Below are positions 51,001-63,125 of a stretch of 64,000 bases of DNA, piece by piece. A model generated the notes under the pieces. The model did not search any database, was not told where the DNA came from, and saw only the letters and a program-made list of their open reading frames with translations. The translations under genes and the position numbers were made by a program. Numbering within the stretch: position 1 is the stretch's first letter; each line of letters begins with the position of its first letter. The stretch lies in contig NC_092347.1 in NCBI RefSeq assembly GCF_963676685.1, positions 3,472,001 to 3,536,000 of the forward strand, written 5' to 3'. The stretch comes from Mytilus edulis (lineage: Eukaryota).

Positions 51001-54000
51001 GACATATTTTTCAAGCAAAGGAAATTAATCGTATCTCTTCTTTTAGACAGAATAATTGATTGAATTAGATTCTTAAAATAATGAAAAACAATATTTTCAA
51101 CTGTAAGTCCGCATGCTTTTGCATTCCTTCTACATATCTGACATTTTGTACGAAAATTTTCGTAATCCTGACCTTTTCGGATCTACAATTTTTTTTTTAT
51201 TAAATGCTTTTGCACTCTTTCCGTTTTAGAACACACCAAATTACTCATCAGTTATCGTTTTTTCATTCAAGATCAAGACTTTCTCTCAACATTTCTTAAA
51301 ATCACGAATTTCTGTAATTTTATGTTGTTGGGTAAAATCACTATAGTTTCCGGAATCCCATTTCTATTTCGTTATCGTTTTTTAAAGAATATATTAGTCG
51401 ATTTCCGTGTACTATAGGGAAAACGGTAATATTACATTTTCCCAGCATTAGGTTGGCCTTTTGTGTACCCAAGACAGGTGAAGGAAGTCAACTTAGGAGC
51501 GCTGTGATTGGATGTAAGGGTACAATATATTTTTTTATTTATCTATGAATAACTGCAGTGTGTAAATTTACAATATAAATTTTAAAACCTATTGAAATAT
51601 TTTGTAGAGAATTATTCGAAAGGGCTTCCAAAATTTCATAAATTTGGTGCAAAATGACGGTGGGCATGGATAACATAAACAAGCTCCGTTGGAAATTGGT
51701 CATGATACTATTTGGCTTCAAGTTTTAGAATACAGTAATGAAGTACTAACACCACACATAACTGTTTTATCCAGGTTTTTATTATAAAAACTGGTAAATT
51801 TAGAAAATGTTAGTATTGTCGCCTATGGCAGAATAAATAGTACCGTTTTCCCTTAATGGTGATATTAGAGTACGATAAATCATATTTAAACGTTTCTATT
51901 TCTATCTTTAACTTCAGTGTAGCTTAAACAGATATAAAATCGTCCGAAATTAAGATCAAATCAAAGTAAAACATAGTTTTTGAGTTCTGTAGAATTCACT
52001 CCTTTCTAAATAAGGAATCGTATCGGAAAATTGTAGAAAATCTTCCGAGTCGTGTCAATTTTTCACAGTCCGGTTCACAATGAAACCATTCCTATGCTAA
52101 AAAGCAAAAACTATCCATTGATTGACACAGATATGCATAGTCTGTCATGTATTTACTACATAGAAACTATGTAGTTAAACACTTAAATGAAGATACGGTT
52201 GCATTGACGCAGTGGGAAAACGAAAAGATGAAGTTTACAGAAGACTGGTCGATGAATATGAAAAAAATGAAAACATCCCATTTGAAAATACAAAATATCA
52301 TAAGAGTTGCTATAAATATTTCAAAAGTAAGCACAACCTATCATCTTCTGTTTTGTCTGTACAAAGAGTTTGTACTACATGTACCAATTCTACCGACCAG
52401 TCTCTTCTCATATATCAACGAAGGCAGTAGATCTACAACTCATTCTGATTTGTCTGTTTGTATATTTTGCAAATGTATGAAGCCTATAAGCAAGTTACAC
52501 AACTTCAATCGGTATCCTCTGAGGAGCAAACTCAAACTGTATTGAGTGTTACTACATATAAAATGTATCTCCTACAATGATCTGATTTACAAAATAACTC
52601 ATGATAATTTTACTTTTTGGACCTTTTGGATTATAGCTCTTCATCTTTTATATAAGCTTTGGATTTCAAATATTTTGGCCACGAGCATCACTGAAGAGAC
52701 ATGTATTGTCGAAATGCGCATCTGGTGCAAGAAAATTGGTACCGTTAATTTTATTACTATGAAATCTTTATAGTTTACTATCGAGCTTGCATCGCTAAAT
52801 ATTTGCTATACAATATTTGAAATCAGAAAGTACAGAGCTATTTAATTCTGAACATAAAACAGCTTTTACTAACATTTTGACGATTAAAGATGACGTGCCT
52901 GTACACAAGGAAGTATTCTGCTTAACAACTTTAATTATTTGATCAGTTAAACGGGCTTAATTTCTACCCGAGGATCGCCGCCGAGAAAACTACACAACAT
53001 ATTACCAGCTTCAACAAAAACTAAAAATATATGGTCAATTTATAGTTACATGTAGTACAGCATCAACAAGGCCAAGGTACATCCATTATTGTATACAGTA
53101 GCTCTATAATTTTGTCTTATGCCGTAATGACGGAAAATTATTCGTTTAAAATGACTGTGATATAAAGTCTGTAAAATTTAAAGATCTGAGCAATGACTGC
53201 GAAACTGGTTGCAAGCACTTTATGCAGCTACTAGTATTTTACGGAAGCAGATAAAGGGTAAAGTTGTAATCCAGTCAGATGATTATCCATTATCTAAAAA
53301 CATTTCACTGGATTATTCAATTGAAATTATGCCACCTGCTTTAAAAACATTTCTGTATTGTCTTTTGGATGATGGCACATCTGCGGCAGATATTAAAGCG
53401 TACGATATTCCTTTGACAAAGTTCTTAGATGTATGGCTTAAGTAGAATGTATATTATCTATTAATTTTTATGCCCCATCTACGATAGAAGAAGTAGCCGA
53501 ACTAGCGTAATTAAAAAAAAAGGACAAACTACTTTGTCAAGTGTTGTTTGATTAATTAGATATCTCAAGATACACGGCGGCCGACTAAAGTAAAATCAAA
53601 CACAGTTTGACGCACAATGAGTGATCATATTTTCCTTGTTGAGTTTCATATTAAAATTGTCACAATTTTGTTGATAAAAAATATACTAATAGCACTATAC
53701 TCATTTTACTTATGTTAGTTGCAATGTAGTACTCTTATCATATCTGATTTTTTTTATGTAAATGAAATTGCGATATGATCCTGCAGACTCAACATTTAAA
53801 AAAATTGCCCTATGGTTGTCTGATCTTGAAGCGGTTGGCAGGCTTTCAAACTAACAGGAGACCATACGCTTCCTCAATTTTAATGTACAGCTCATCATGG
53901 AACTTTTCTAAACAATTAAAAATACGTCATATGTTATATTTCCCCCTTGCTTCAAATGTTTTGTTTCGGAATATTTATATCAAATTTGCATATATATGTT

Positions 54001-54973
54001 TGTAAATACGTGCAATCAAATGATATGGAGGTATTATAAGATTTAGACAATGCAAGGGCGACTACACATACATTTGTGTGACTTAATGGTTAATTTTCAA
54101 AGTCTCCGAGAGAAAACGTTACTTAACATGCGTTACCGTTAAAATCAACCAAAATTAATTTATACTATGATAGAAATATATTTTTCCAACAGTAATACAG
54201 CATTTCTGTATAATTGTTTCGTTTTTGCATTTGTTTTGACTCGATTTTTCTACTGGAAGTATCCGTGAATTGAAATTGCACCCATGAACTTTGACCTCCA
54301 TTTAAAAAAAAAAATGCACCATAATTACTTTTGACGACGGGGATATTTAGAAAGTACACATTCTTAGCTTTCCAATGATATATAATTTAGCCGTGTGTTA
54401 GGTAGGTGCATTAAAAATGTAAATTTGGCTCTCATATCACTCGCCTATATGCCACACAGTTGTTTAATTAAGATTACAGGAAAATAAGAGAGCTTTTTTC
54501 AATGCATCAAAAAATTATGCCCCCCCCCCCCAAAAAAAAAATGCAAGGAAAATATGGTGGTCTCATTAATATTTCTATTGGAGATTTTATCTATTTCTTT
54601 AAATGACCGGCAGTAAGTTGATTATTTTGATTTATGTTTACTGGCTATATGTTTGTGATATGTGTGATCTTAAATATCAGCATACTCTAGATTGATTGTT
54701 GGCAGTGGCAAAATTTCATGCCTGTTCAGAACGAAACATACTCTTAGACTAGAAGAAGGCTTTCAAAAATACATTGTAAATGATACTTACATGACCAAAG
54801 ATATTTTTCAAGTGTGTGTGGTGAGCTGGATTGAGATGTCCGACTGTATTCCAGTATTGAGATGTTAAACATGGGTTTGGTACGAAGTGACCGTTTGGTA
54901 TCCTGTCTTGGTAGTAGTTACGACATGATATCACACCAACAATAGCAAAGATGATTGCAGATTTTATTATCAT
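48027..54973 (-). CDS. Temptin-like secreted protein 2, 142 aa (exons 54791-54973, 49283-49433, 48027-48121)
   Basis: Same exon sizes (183/151/95) and phases as copy 1. YQDRIPNGHFVPNPC...DSDKDGKSNGEELGDPNCTW...HPGICEP...CDCLEHCSGVDGYP*. Confidence 0.9.
50805..54447 (+). mobile_element. Internally deleted Academ-like DNA transposon in the temptin-2 intron
   Basis: TAGGCGAGTG...CACTCGCCTA termini, TAT on both flanks (3-bp TSD), and subterminal inverted block taatgcacc(c/t)acctaacacacggctaa. Decayed ORF pieces KYHKSCYKYF, VCIFC and LYAATSILRKQIK at 52100-53450. Confidence 0.75.
52685..52728 (+). ncRNA. Minimal type I hammerhead ribozyme, family Y, intact core
   Basis: Identical to the 894-937 copy; the flanking ~140 bp (52611-52754) is nearly identical to the reverse complement of ~868-1011. 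Confidence 0.85.
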
Positions 54974-55034
54974 CTTTCAGTCGATCTTTTTGCTAATCAA
55001 AATATAATCCAATTAATTGTAGAGACAAAAAAAT

Positions 55035-55403
55035 ATAAAATTGAGAATGGAAATGGGGAATGTGTCAAAGAGACAACAACCCGACCAAATAAAAAACAAC
55101 AACAGCAGAGGGTCACCAACAGGTCTTCAATGTAGCGAGAAATTCCCGCACCTGGAGGCGTCCTTCAGCTGGCCCCTAAACAAATATATACTAGTCCAGT
55201 GATAATGAACGCCATACTAATTTCCAAATTGTACACAAGAAACTAAAATTAAAATAATACAAGACTAACAAAGGCCAGAGGCTCCTGACTTGGGACAGGC
55301 GCAAAAATGCGGCGGGGTTAAACATGTTTGTGAGATCTCAACCCTCCCCTATACCTCTAACCAATGTAGTAAAGTAAACGCATAACAATACGCACATTAA
55401 AAT
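55035..55403 (-). mobile_element. Near-identical copy of the 3' tail of the 31295-32488 element
   Basis: Reverse complement of ~32122-32488 with only a few differences; inserted ~40 bp from the temptin-2 acceptor. Confidence 0.85.
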
Positions 55404-56051
55404 ATACATAAATAAACCAAACATCATATCAAGACTGAAAATGCATTCCGGTCGATGAAAACTTTTGTAATTCCACATTTTTTTTATGGTTAGTTTAAAT
55501 ATACCAGTAACTAGGCTAGTGATACATTCGGGAATGAAGGTCGTACCATGACTCCGTATTAGTTAGACAAAAGATATGAAAGTCACAATTAATGTTTTTA
55601 CACAATACGTTCAATTTTCAAACTCTTTTGTCTATCTATTGTGCATTACAACAAATAGAAGAAATTAAAAAAAAATAAAGACATTAAAACCTATGGAAAA
55701 CACATTAAAAACGGGATAGCAAAGTAGCCGAAAAATATCTTTGCATTGGGTTAAAAACATATCACGTATGAACCCCGAAATGTTTCTGTAAACGTATCTC
55801 CTCCCACCCCCCCCCCCCCCCCCCAAAAAAAAACCAGACTGAGTGTCGGCATTATTGATTATGATACACGCAGTACGGTTATATCTATAAATTTACTGTC
55901 TACAAAATATTGATCTTTTTTAAATACTTAGGCTTTTCTACCTCAGGCATAGATTACCTTAGCTGTATTTGGCAAAACTTTTAGGAATTTTGGTCCTCAA
56001 TGCTCTTCAACTTCATACTTTATTTGGCCTTTTTAACTTTTTTGGATTTGA

Positions 56052-56095
56052 GCGTAACTGATGAGTCTTTTGTAGACGAAACGCGCGTCTGGCGT
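56052..56095 (+). ncRNA. Hammerhead ribozyme family X in repeat ~55920-56136
   Basis: GCGTAA-CTGATGA-GTCT(tttgt)AGAC-GAA-ACGCGCGT-C-TGGCGT. Confidence 0.8.
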
Positions 56096-56539
56096 ATATA
56101 TTAAATTTAGTCCTGGTATCTATGATGAGTTTATTTAAACGATATAATTTTGAACACTGCATACTTCTTTGTCTCAAGTCAGCAACGTGTAATTCAGTGG
56201 TTACCGTTGGTTCAGATTCAGTCATACCTGTTATTCGGAAGAGTTCTTGTTATACATCAAGCCGTTCGTTTTCTCGTTTGAATTGTTTATTTCATACATG
56301 TGAAGTCGGGAAAATAAAGCTAACTTTCCGGTATCGATTTTTCTCATTTAAAAAAAAAACGTACGTGAAACTATAAATGTTTTTATCTTCGTACTTTGAC
56401 CAATGTAGATCGGCATTTGTTCCAAATCTCCTTATTTGTACTTTAAATAAAACAACTATTGCTAAATTCTATAGTTTGCGACAAACATAGCCGAAACATT
56501 TTACTTTTAGAAATCTTTCGCCCACAATGTGACCTCATG

Positions 56540-57965
56540 TACAAACAAGTTAAAACTATTACGCGTTTTTGAAAATAATATAAAAAAACAACTCAAATTA
56601 TCGTTAATCGTTAAACATATGTATTGGGTTAAAACTTCTTTGGTCTAGAACTTCATCTCCTGATTTAAGACGGGGGTAAAACGGAACAAAGCAGTTATAA
56701 TATACTTTTCAATATTGTAATTCTCGGTTATTTTAATGTTGCGACAATTTTTTTCTCTCTTTCCATTACTTGACTTTTTTTTGTAGAGTTTCAGTAAAAA
56801 TTAAAAAGAATAAACATAAACTGTACCTTACGTAACAAGCGTAAATCTCAAAATGATATGGTTAAACAATGGGCGGTCGTAATCTAAACTCTGGAGGTCG
56901 CACGAAAATCTGATAGCAAGAAATTTAGATAAAATTTTATCATATGATCTTCTCACAATTGTGTTTGGCAAAACTTTTAGGAATTTTGGTACTGAATGCT
57001 CTTCAACTTCTTACTTTATTTGGCCTTTAATTTTTTTTTTATTTTAGATTCGAGCGTCACTGATGAGTCTTTTTGGGCAAGAAATGTGAACTTCGACCGG
57101 ATGATATATTTCATTGAATCAAAAGAAATGCAATAGTTGCTGTGCTGTTGAACATAATTGCTTAATTAAGTCGTTGAAAGTTTCACCACTAAGGTGACTA
57201 TCTATATCAATGACCTTTAATGCAATAATTAAATATTAAAATGCAAAATGAATGTTAAAACAATATAAATAAACTCATCATAGATACCAGGACTAAATTT
57301 TGTATCTACGCCAGACGCGTGTTTCGTCTACAAAAGACTCATCAGTGACGCTCTAATCCAAAAAAGATAAAAAGTCAAAATAAAGTACGAAGTTGAAGAG
57401 CATTGAGGACCACAATTCCTCAACGTTTTGACAAATTCAGCTAAGGTAATCTATGCCTGAGATAGAAAAGCCTCAGTATTTCAAAAATTCTAAATTTTGT
57501 AAACAGTTAATAACTTATATAATTTTAAAACTATGTTCAATGTTACGCGCTTTTTTGGACATGGTATTGTGTACGAGATGAAAACAATAAAATAAATATC
57601 AAAGCATCGTTAATCTTTTAATCATTTGTTGGACTGCTTTGGCCTAAAACTTCATCTACTGATTTTAGACGGGTATAAAACGGAACAAAGCAGAAAATAA
57701 TACACCTTTCAATATTGTTATTCTCGGTTATATAAAGGTTGTGACATTTTTTTTCTTTCTTTCAATTCCTTAGACTTTTAGAGTAACACATAAAAAAGAA
57801 TAAACATAAACTGTACCTTACGTAACAAGTGTAAATCTCAAAATGATATGGTTACACAATGGACAGTCGTAATATACCTTTATGGCCCTAAGCTCTGGAG
57901 GTCGCACGAAAATCGGATAGTAGTAAGTTTAGATAAGATTTTATCAGTTGATTTTTCCACAATTG
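56540..57965 (-). repeat. Direct duplication (~430 bp; ~56540-56965 and ~57540-57965) of the putative temptin-2 leader exon/promoter block
   Basis: Two similar copies ~990 bp apart, each with AAG|GTACAG (56827, 57817) and homologous to the 40616 block. HHR-containing repeats lie between them. Confidence 0.7.
57308..57351 (-). ncRNA. Hammerhead ribozyme family X in repeat ~57267-57500
   Basis: GCGTCA-CTGATGA-GTCT(tttgt)AGAC-GAA-ACACGCGT-C-TGGCGT. Confidence 0.8.
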
Positions 57966-58112
57966 ACAAATGAAAAGAAAGATGAAGGCGAAGTAGTTTT
58001 GTTATTTCGATAGTTCATAAAAAGCCTTTATCAATCATTTTTACAGAGTTTTCATGGTATCAATTGCTTATATTATCTGAAATTAACAATACATTCTATA
58101 TGTATTTTAGAA

Positions 58113-58653
58113 TTATTGCAAACCCAATTGAACCTTTCCATAGATTCACCTGATAGTTACCTGTCCATTTAAACTTTTGGCAGTTCTAGTGTCCCATCTA
58201 ACAAATACAACAGGTATTGTTCACTGTATAGTTTATTCACTCAGACCTTGAAATTTCTTCTAAGAGAAATCTATCACTCATTGATTAATCTACCAGAGTA
58301 AAAAGTTTATCTGCTAAATTGATGGAAATTACATGTTTCACATAAAAAAAATGCCTGTAATTTGATGTTTATTAAAATAAATTAAATATTTTTTCAATCT
58401 GTTCAAAATAAATAATAATTTAATCATAAAAAGTTTGTTTAAAAAAAAAAAGTATTGTTCGTATGAAAATTTGCATCTTTAAGTTTTTGTTTAGTTATAG
58501 AATACTTTTAAGAAGGCTTTAATATATAAACATCAACATTTTTAGGTTTTTTTATCAATTTTTTTTTCAATGGGACAATAGAACTGCCAAAAATTTAAAT
58601 GGACAGGTAGTTATCAGATGAATCTATGAAAGGTTCAATTGGGTTCGCAATAA
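58113..58653. mobile_element. Second copy of the long-TIR MITE (right TIR shortened to ~85 bp)
   Basis: Same TIR family as 16739-17551, with copy-specific changes mirrored in both arms (aacccaattgaaccttt / aaaggttcaattgggtt). Confidence 0.8.
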
Positions 58654-59098
58654 ATGCCTCTAGTAAATTTACTTGGATGTTTAAGCGTTGACCAATGTAT
58701 ATTTTGTATGATTCCGCGCTTCATTCTTAAAATGTGCACACGATCAACGCTTTTACAACACTATAAAATTACGAAAGAAGCATTCAATACTTACATTTAT
58801 TTGCTAGTGTAGCGTTGTCTTTTTTGTATGGATTCGTGTTTGTCGATGTGTTATTTTGGTAGCGTAAATTACGTAAAATCCATATTCAAATGGCACAAAG
58901 AAAACAAACCACAACACAAAGTTTCAAATCAAATCACTGTAATCTGTTTAACGTATATCAGTTTGACATAATAAAACAGTTGAACAAAAATCCTAATTCA
59001 CTAACACAATATAACTCTCAACACTTCTATCTAACAATCTCAAATCTCTTTATTCTCACCCTCTGATCTCTCTCGCATCCCCTTATATATATAATTAC

Positions 59099-59308
59099 AA
59101 GCGGTACCCCGACGGTTCCAAAGATGGGGTACCGGGCGGTTCTAAAGACACCGGGCGGTACCTCAACGGTTCTAAAGATTGGCCACCGGGCGGTACCCTG
59201 ACAGTTTCAAAGATGGGGTACCGGGCGGTTTTTTGATACCGGGCGGTGAATTTAAATGAATTATAGATACCGTTGAAATAAAATAAAATACCGGGCATTG
59301 CCCTATAG
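59099..59308. repeat. GC-rich irregular array of accgggcggt motifs ending at a TAGGG-type terminus
   Basis: Repeated accgggcggt and cggttctaaaga motifs; the minus strand begins tagggcaatgcccggt. Confidence 0.6.
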
Positions 59309-60049
59309 AAATGTAATTTAACCCAAATGTATTTAAAAGAAAGACATCTAACATAATAATAAATATACTGTCAAACTAAAATCGCTGCACTAGGATAATA
59401 AAACACGATATTTATCAAGTTTTTATTTTATTTTCATGTTCCTGTGCACTTTATTGTGGGATCTCGTGTCATCATAAATGTTACATTTCATTTTGAATGA
59501 GGTTAATTTCAAAATGACGTGAGATCACTGTTAGGCAATCACGATAATGTATTATGATGAAAATACATGTAATATAGTTATTGTTACATGTCACATGCGA
59601 GGACAGTACACATGATTTGTAAACACGCGATTTATTGAAAATTATGTATTTTTGAAAATGACTGTTGTTACTTTCAGATCCAAAATTATTCAGGATAAAA
59701 TGAGAATTGAATTGTCAGAAATAAATATAGAAATAGAATTAAAAAAAGGAGAATTGCCAATGAGAAACTATTAACGAAAGACCAACCGACAAAAAAATCC
59801 ACTACATGTATTATTACGGGGTCAACAATAAAAATAAAATCACATCGTATATTAAGCTATGAAAATTAATCAACTAATGAATATACCATGTTTTAAAATA
59901 AATTAACAATCATAACACCTCCTACGAATAAGTATAAGGCATCATACTAGCAATATAAAAAGAATTGCGTTGGCAATAAAAAAATATACGTGTCGTAAGA
60001 ATACAGGGCAATATATCAGTATTAGCTGCTATCATACGCTGTAGACACA

Positions 60050-60480
60050 CGTCATCGAATCTTTTATTATGTTAGAGACAATACATTAATTTGACAAGGA
60101 TCTAAATAGTAGACTAAAGAATTTTAACACTCACCAAACATGTTCAAATTTTACTTTTAAACATGAATACTAAGTTACTTAGTTCATTTTATGTAGACTA
60201 TTCAGTGGGACAATCTATATAAGCTTTAGGTAATAGTAAGGAAGGAGACCATAGAACTGGACCAAGCACCGAACCTTCGTATACATAAATTTTGGTAAGG
60301 AATTCGTATTTTATAGGGGACATTATAAGTAAAATTGTCCTTTCCGTTTGATTGTTTAAAGAGATAATGTTAGATTTGAGGTTAACGTCCTATTCATTAG
60401 TAAATGACGTGTTAAAGATAATCAAAAATACGGTATGAGGTTTTGTTATATACGGGGGCCGCACGATGACAATAAAAGAT
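60050..60480 (-). mobile_element. Decayed non-LTR (CR1/L2-like) RT fragment
   Basis: Minus strand VYEGSVLGPVLW resembles GVPQGSVLGPxLF; boundaries approximate. Confidence 0.45.
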
Positions 60481-61289
60481 TATTTTAAAATAAGCAAAAA
60501 AAAAAAAAAAAAAAAAAAAAAATATTATAAAGAAAAATTAAAGAAAACTTTAAGAAAATAGTAATTAACTAATACAATTGAATTATTGATTTTTCAATTT
60601 GATAAGGAAAATGGTACATTCAATTTGAATTTTCTTTGGAGTTCGATATCTTTGTTATTTTACTTTTTTACATGCTTTTCAACATGTTTTCAAATAATAC
60701 TTTTACAAATATTTGTTAAGATTGCTTCATTTCTCCTTATTTTCGTATACGACAGGGCTGAGTTGTGGCAGTGACATACATGACTTTGTGAATCAACAAG
60801 TAACCAGCTTGGAGAAGGTTATTTTGATACCTATTTACAAAAAGGGGGACTCATCCTCACCTTCAAATTACAGATAAACTTTTTTTATTAGCTGAGAAAA
60901 AAAAAGAGAATACTTTTTGTAAGCACTTGTACAATCATCATCACGCAAACAAATTTATTTATAAAAAGCAATCCGGATTTCTCTCTACTGATTGAAATGT
61001 CCATCAACTTTTAGAAATATACAACTACATTTTAAACTCTTTAAAAAAAGATATAAATTGTTTTGTATTCTGTGACCTGCCTGATGCTTTGACAAAGTTT
61101 TGCATAGAGGTACAATTTACAAACTGAAAGACTGTGTTATTGATTGAATCTTATTTACAGTGATTTGACGATTATCTGCATGATAGAAAATAAAGATAAG
61201 TTCTGAGTGATTTGTCATCTTCCTTTTTAATTTGTTAGTAGGTTAACCCAAGTGATCTGTTTCTTTTGGTCCACTTTTCTTTGTTTGAT

Positions 61290-61640
61290 ATACAAATGAT
61301 TAAGCATGTTCTGATATAAAGTTAACATCTCCGATTGGAATTGAAGACGACTATTTAGTTATGTTGGTAACGATGGAGAACAAATTAGGTCTGTGGTCGA
61401 CCGCGGCCTCAAAGAAATGGGTGATTGGTCAGACAATTGGATTACGTCATTCAATCACGATAAAGCATGACATTTATAAATATGGAGATACCAGATCTCA
61501 ACTTTTCTTTAAATGATAAAGATATCCCTATAAGTACATGACATTGGTACATTGGAGTTATATTTAGTATTGACACAAAATAAAATAATCATAATGTAAA
61601 TATAGTTACAAGTGTAAAGAAACACCTGTTATGCGTACGG
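61290..61640 (+). mobile_element. Decayed CR1-like RT fragment
   Basis: GLKEMGDWSDNWITSFNHDK resembles the DLxxLxxWSxxWxxxFNxxK motif; boundaries approximate. Confidence 0.45.
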
Positions 61641-61859
61641 ATTAGGAATTCATACCCGAGAACGTTCGTCAGTAAAATTGTTCCTGAAATTTTACCAAAA
61701 ATAAGTTATTTATTTTGTAAATGATTCCGTATTGCGCTAAATATAAAACATTTTTTTTTATAAACAAGATTGGTGCAAAATAAAAACCTCCAAACCTTGG
61801 TACTTTTCCTCAATCACCTTTAAACGCCGAACTTCCTCTAAAAATATACCGACACATAT

Positions 61860-63125
61860 GATTTAAGTAAGGTAAAAACTAAACAAGAAAAAAAAAGACG
61901 AAATAATTTTTAATTCTCTACGACATTTAATCAAGATGCTTAATCTAAAACGGATCACAGTTTTTAAATAAAAATAAAAATCATGAAACAATTGATATGC
62001 AAAAATAAATAAATTACATAACATATTGACAAAGATAATTCAACAGCTCAATGCAAACAACACTTTTTTTCTGATATTTCTTCTTATATAATTCATTATA
62101 TCATATTATATATTTAGCATTTGAAGGACGAAACAAACCAAATGTGATGAACAAACAATATCAATTTTCAATTATACATAGGACTTAGTATTAAACAAGC
62201 CTGATTTTTCTAACAGTAAAAAAAAAGTAACTTTCCACTTGAAATTTACCGACTTATCTTAAATAAGTCATAAAAAACTAAACAAGAGAAAAAAAAAAGT
62301 AAAACAATTATACATTGAAATAACTGTTACTTCCCTACGAAATTTTACAAAGATCTTTAGTTTTCATATAAAGGCCTTATGAAACAATTACATGTCATAG
62401 GAAAAAAGAATAAATAACAAAACATTAACAAGGATATTTCAACAGGTCAATGCAAAAAACACTTTCTTTTTCCCAAATGTCCTCTTATATAACTCATACT
62501 ATTATATTATATAATTCACATTTGATGGACAAAATAAACCAAATGTGATGATATTAAAATAGCCTGCTGTTTCCCACACACTAAAAATGTAGATCAAATA
62601 GTATAATGAATGACACTAACGTTAAAAATACACGTAATATATACATTTTACGCAATTTCGCTATTGAAAAGTGCACTTTTCAGTTGAAATTTAAATTAAG
62701 TAAGAAAAAACTAAACAAGAGGTAAAAAAAACGAACATTGCATTGCAGTGTTTCTTTCTTGCAGTGTTTCTTTCTTCCCTACGAAATTTTACAAAGATCT
62801 TTTGTTTTCAAAATCAAAGGCATTATGAAACAATTACATGATATATGTAAAAAGAATAAATAACAAAACATTAACAAGGATACTGCAACAGGTCAATGCA
62901 AACAACACTTTCTTTTTCGTATATTTCTCCTTATAAAATTCATACTATTATATTACATAATTCATATTTGATGAACAAAATAAAATGTGTTGAACAAACG
63001 ATATTCATTTCCAATTATACAATAGGATTAAACAAGCCGGATTTTTCTCAGACACCAAAATAGTAAAACAAATAATATTATTTATGGCTTCAAAATATTT
63101 ATATATATTATGCAATTGCGTTATT
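61860..63125. repeat. Three diverged ~400-435-bp tandem units
   Basis: aaaaactaaacaaga...ctacga...tcaatgcaaa...aaatgtg recurs near 61875, 62275 and 62707. Confidence 0.75.
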
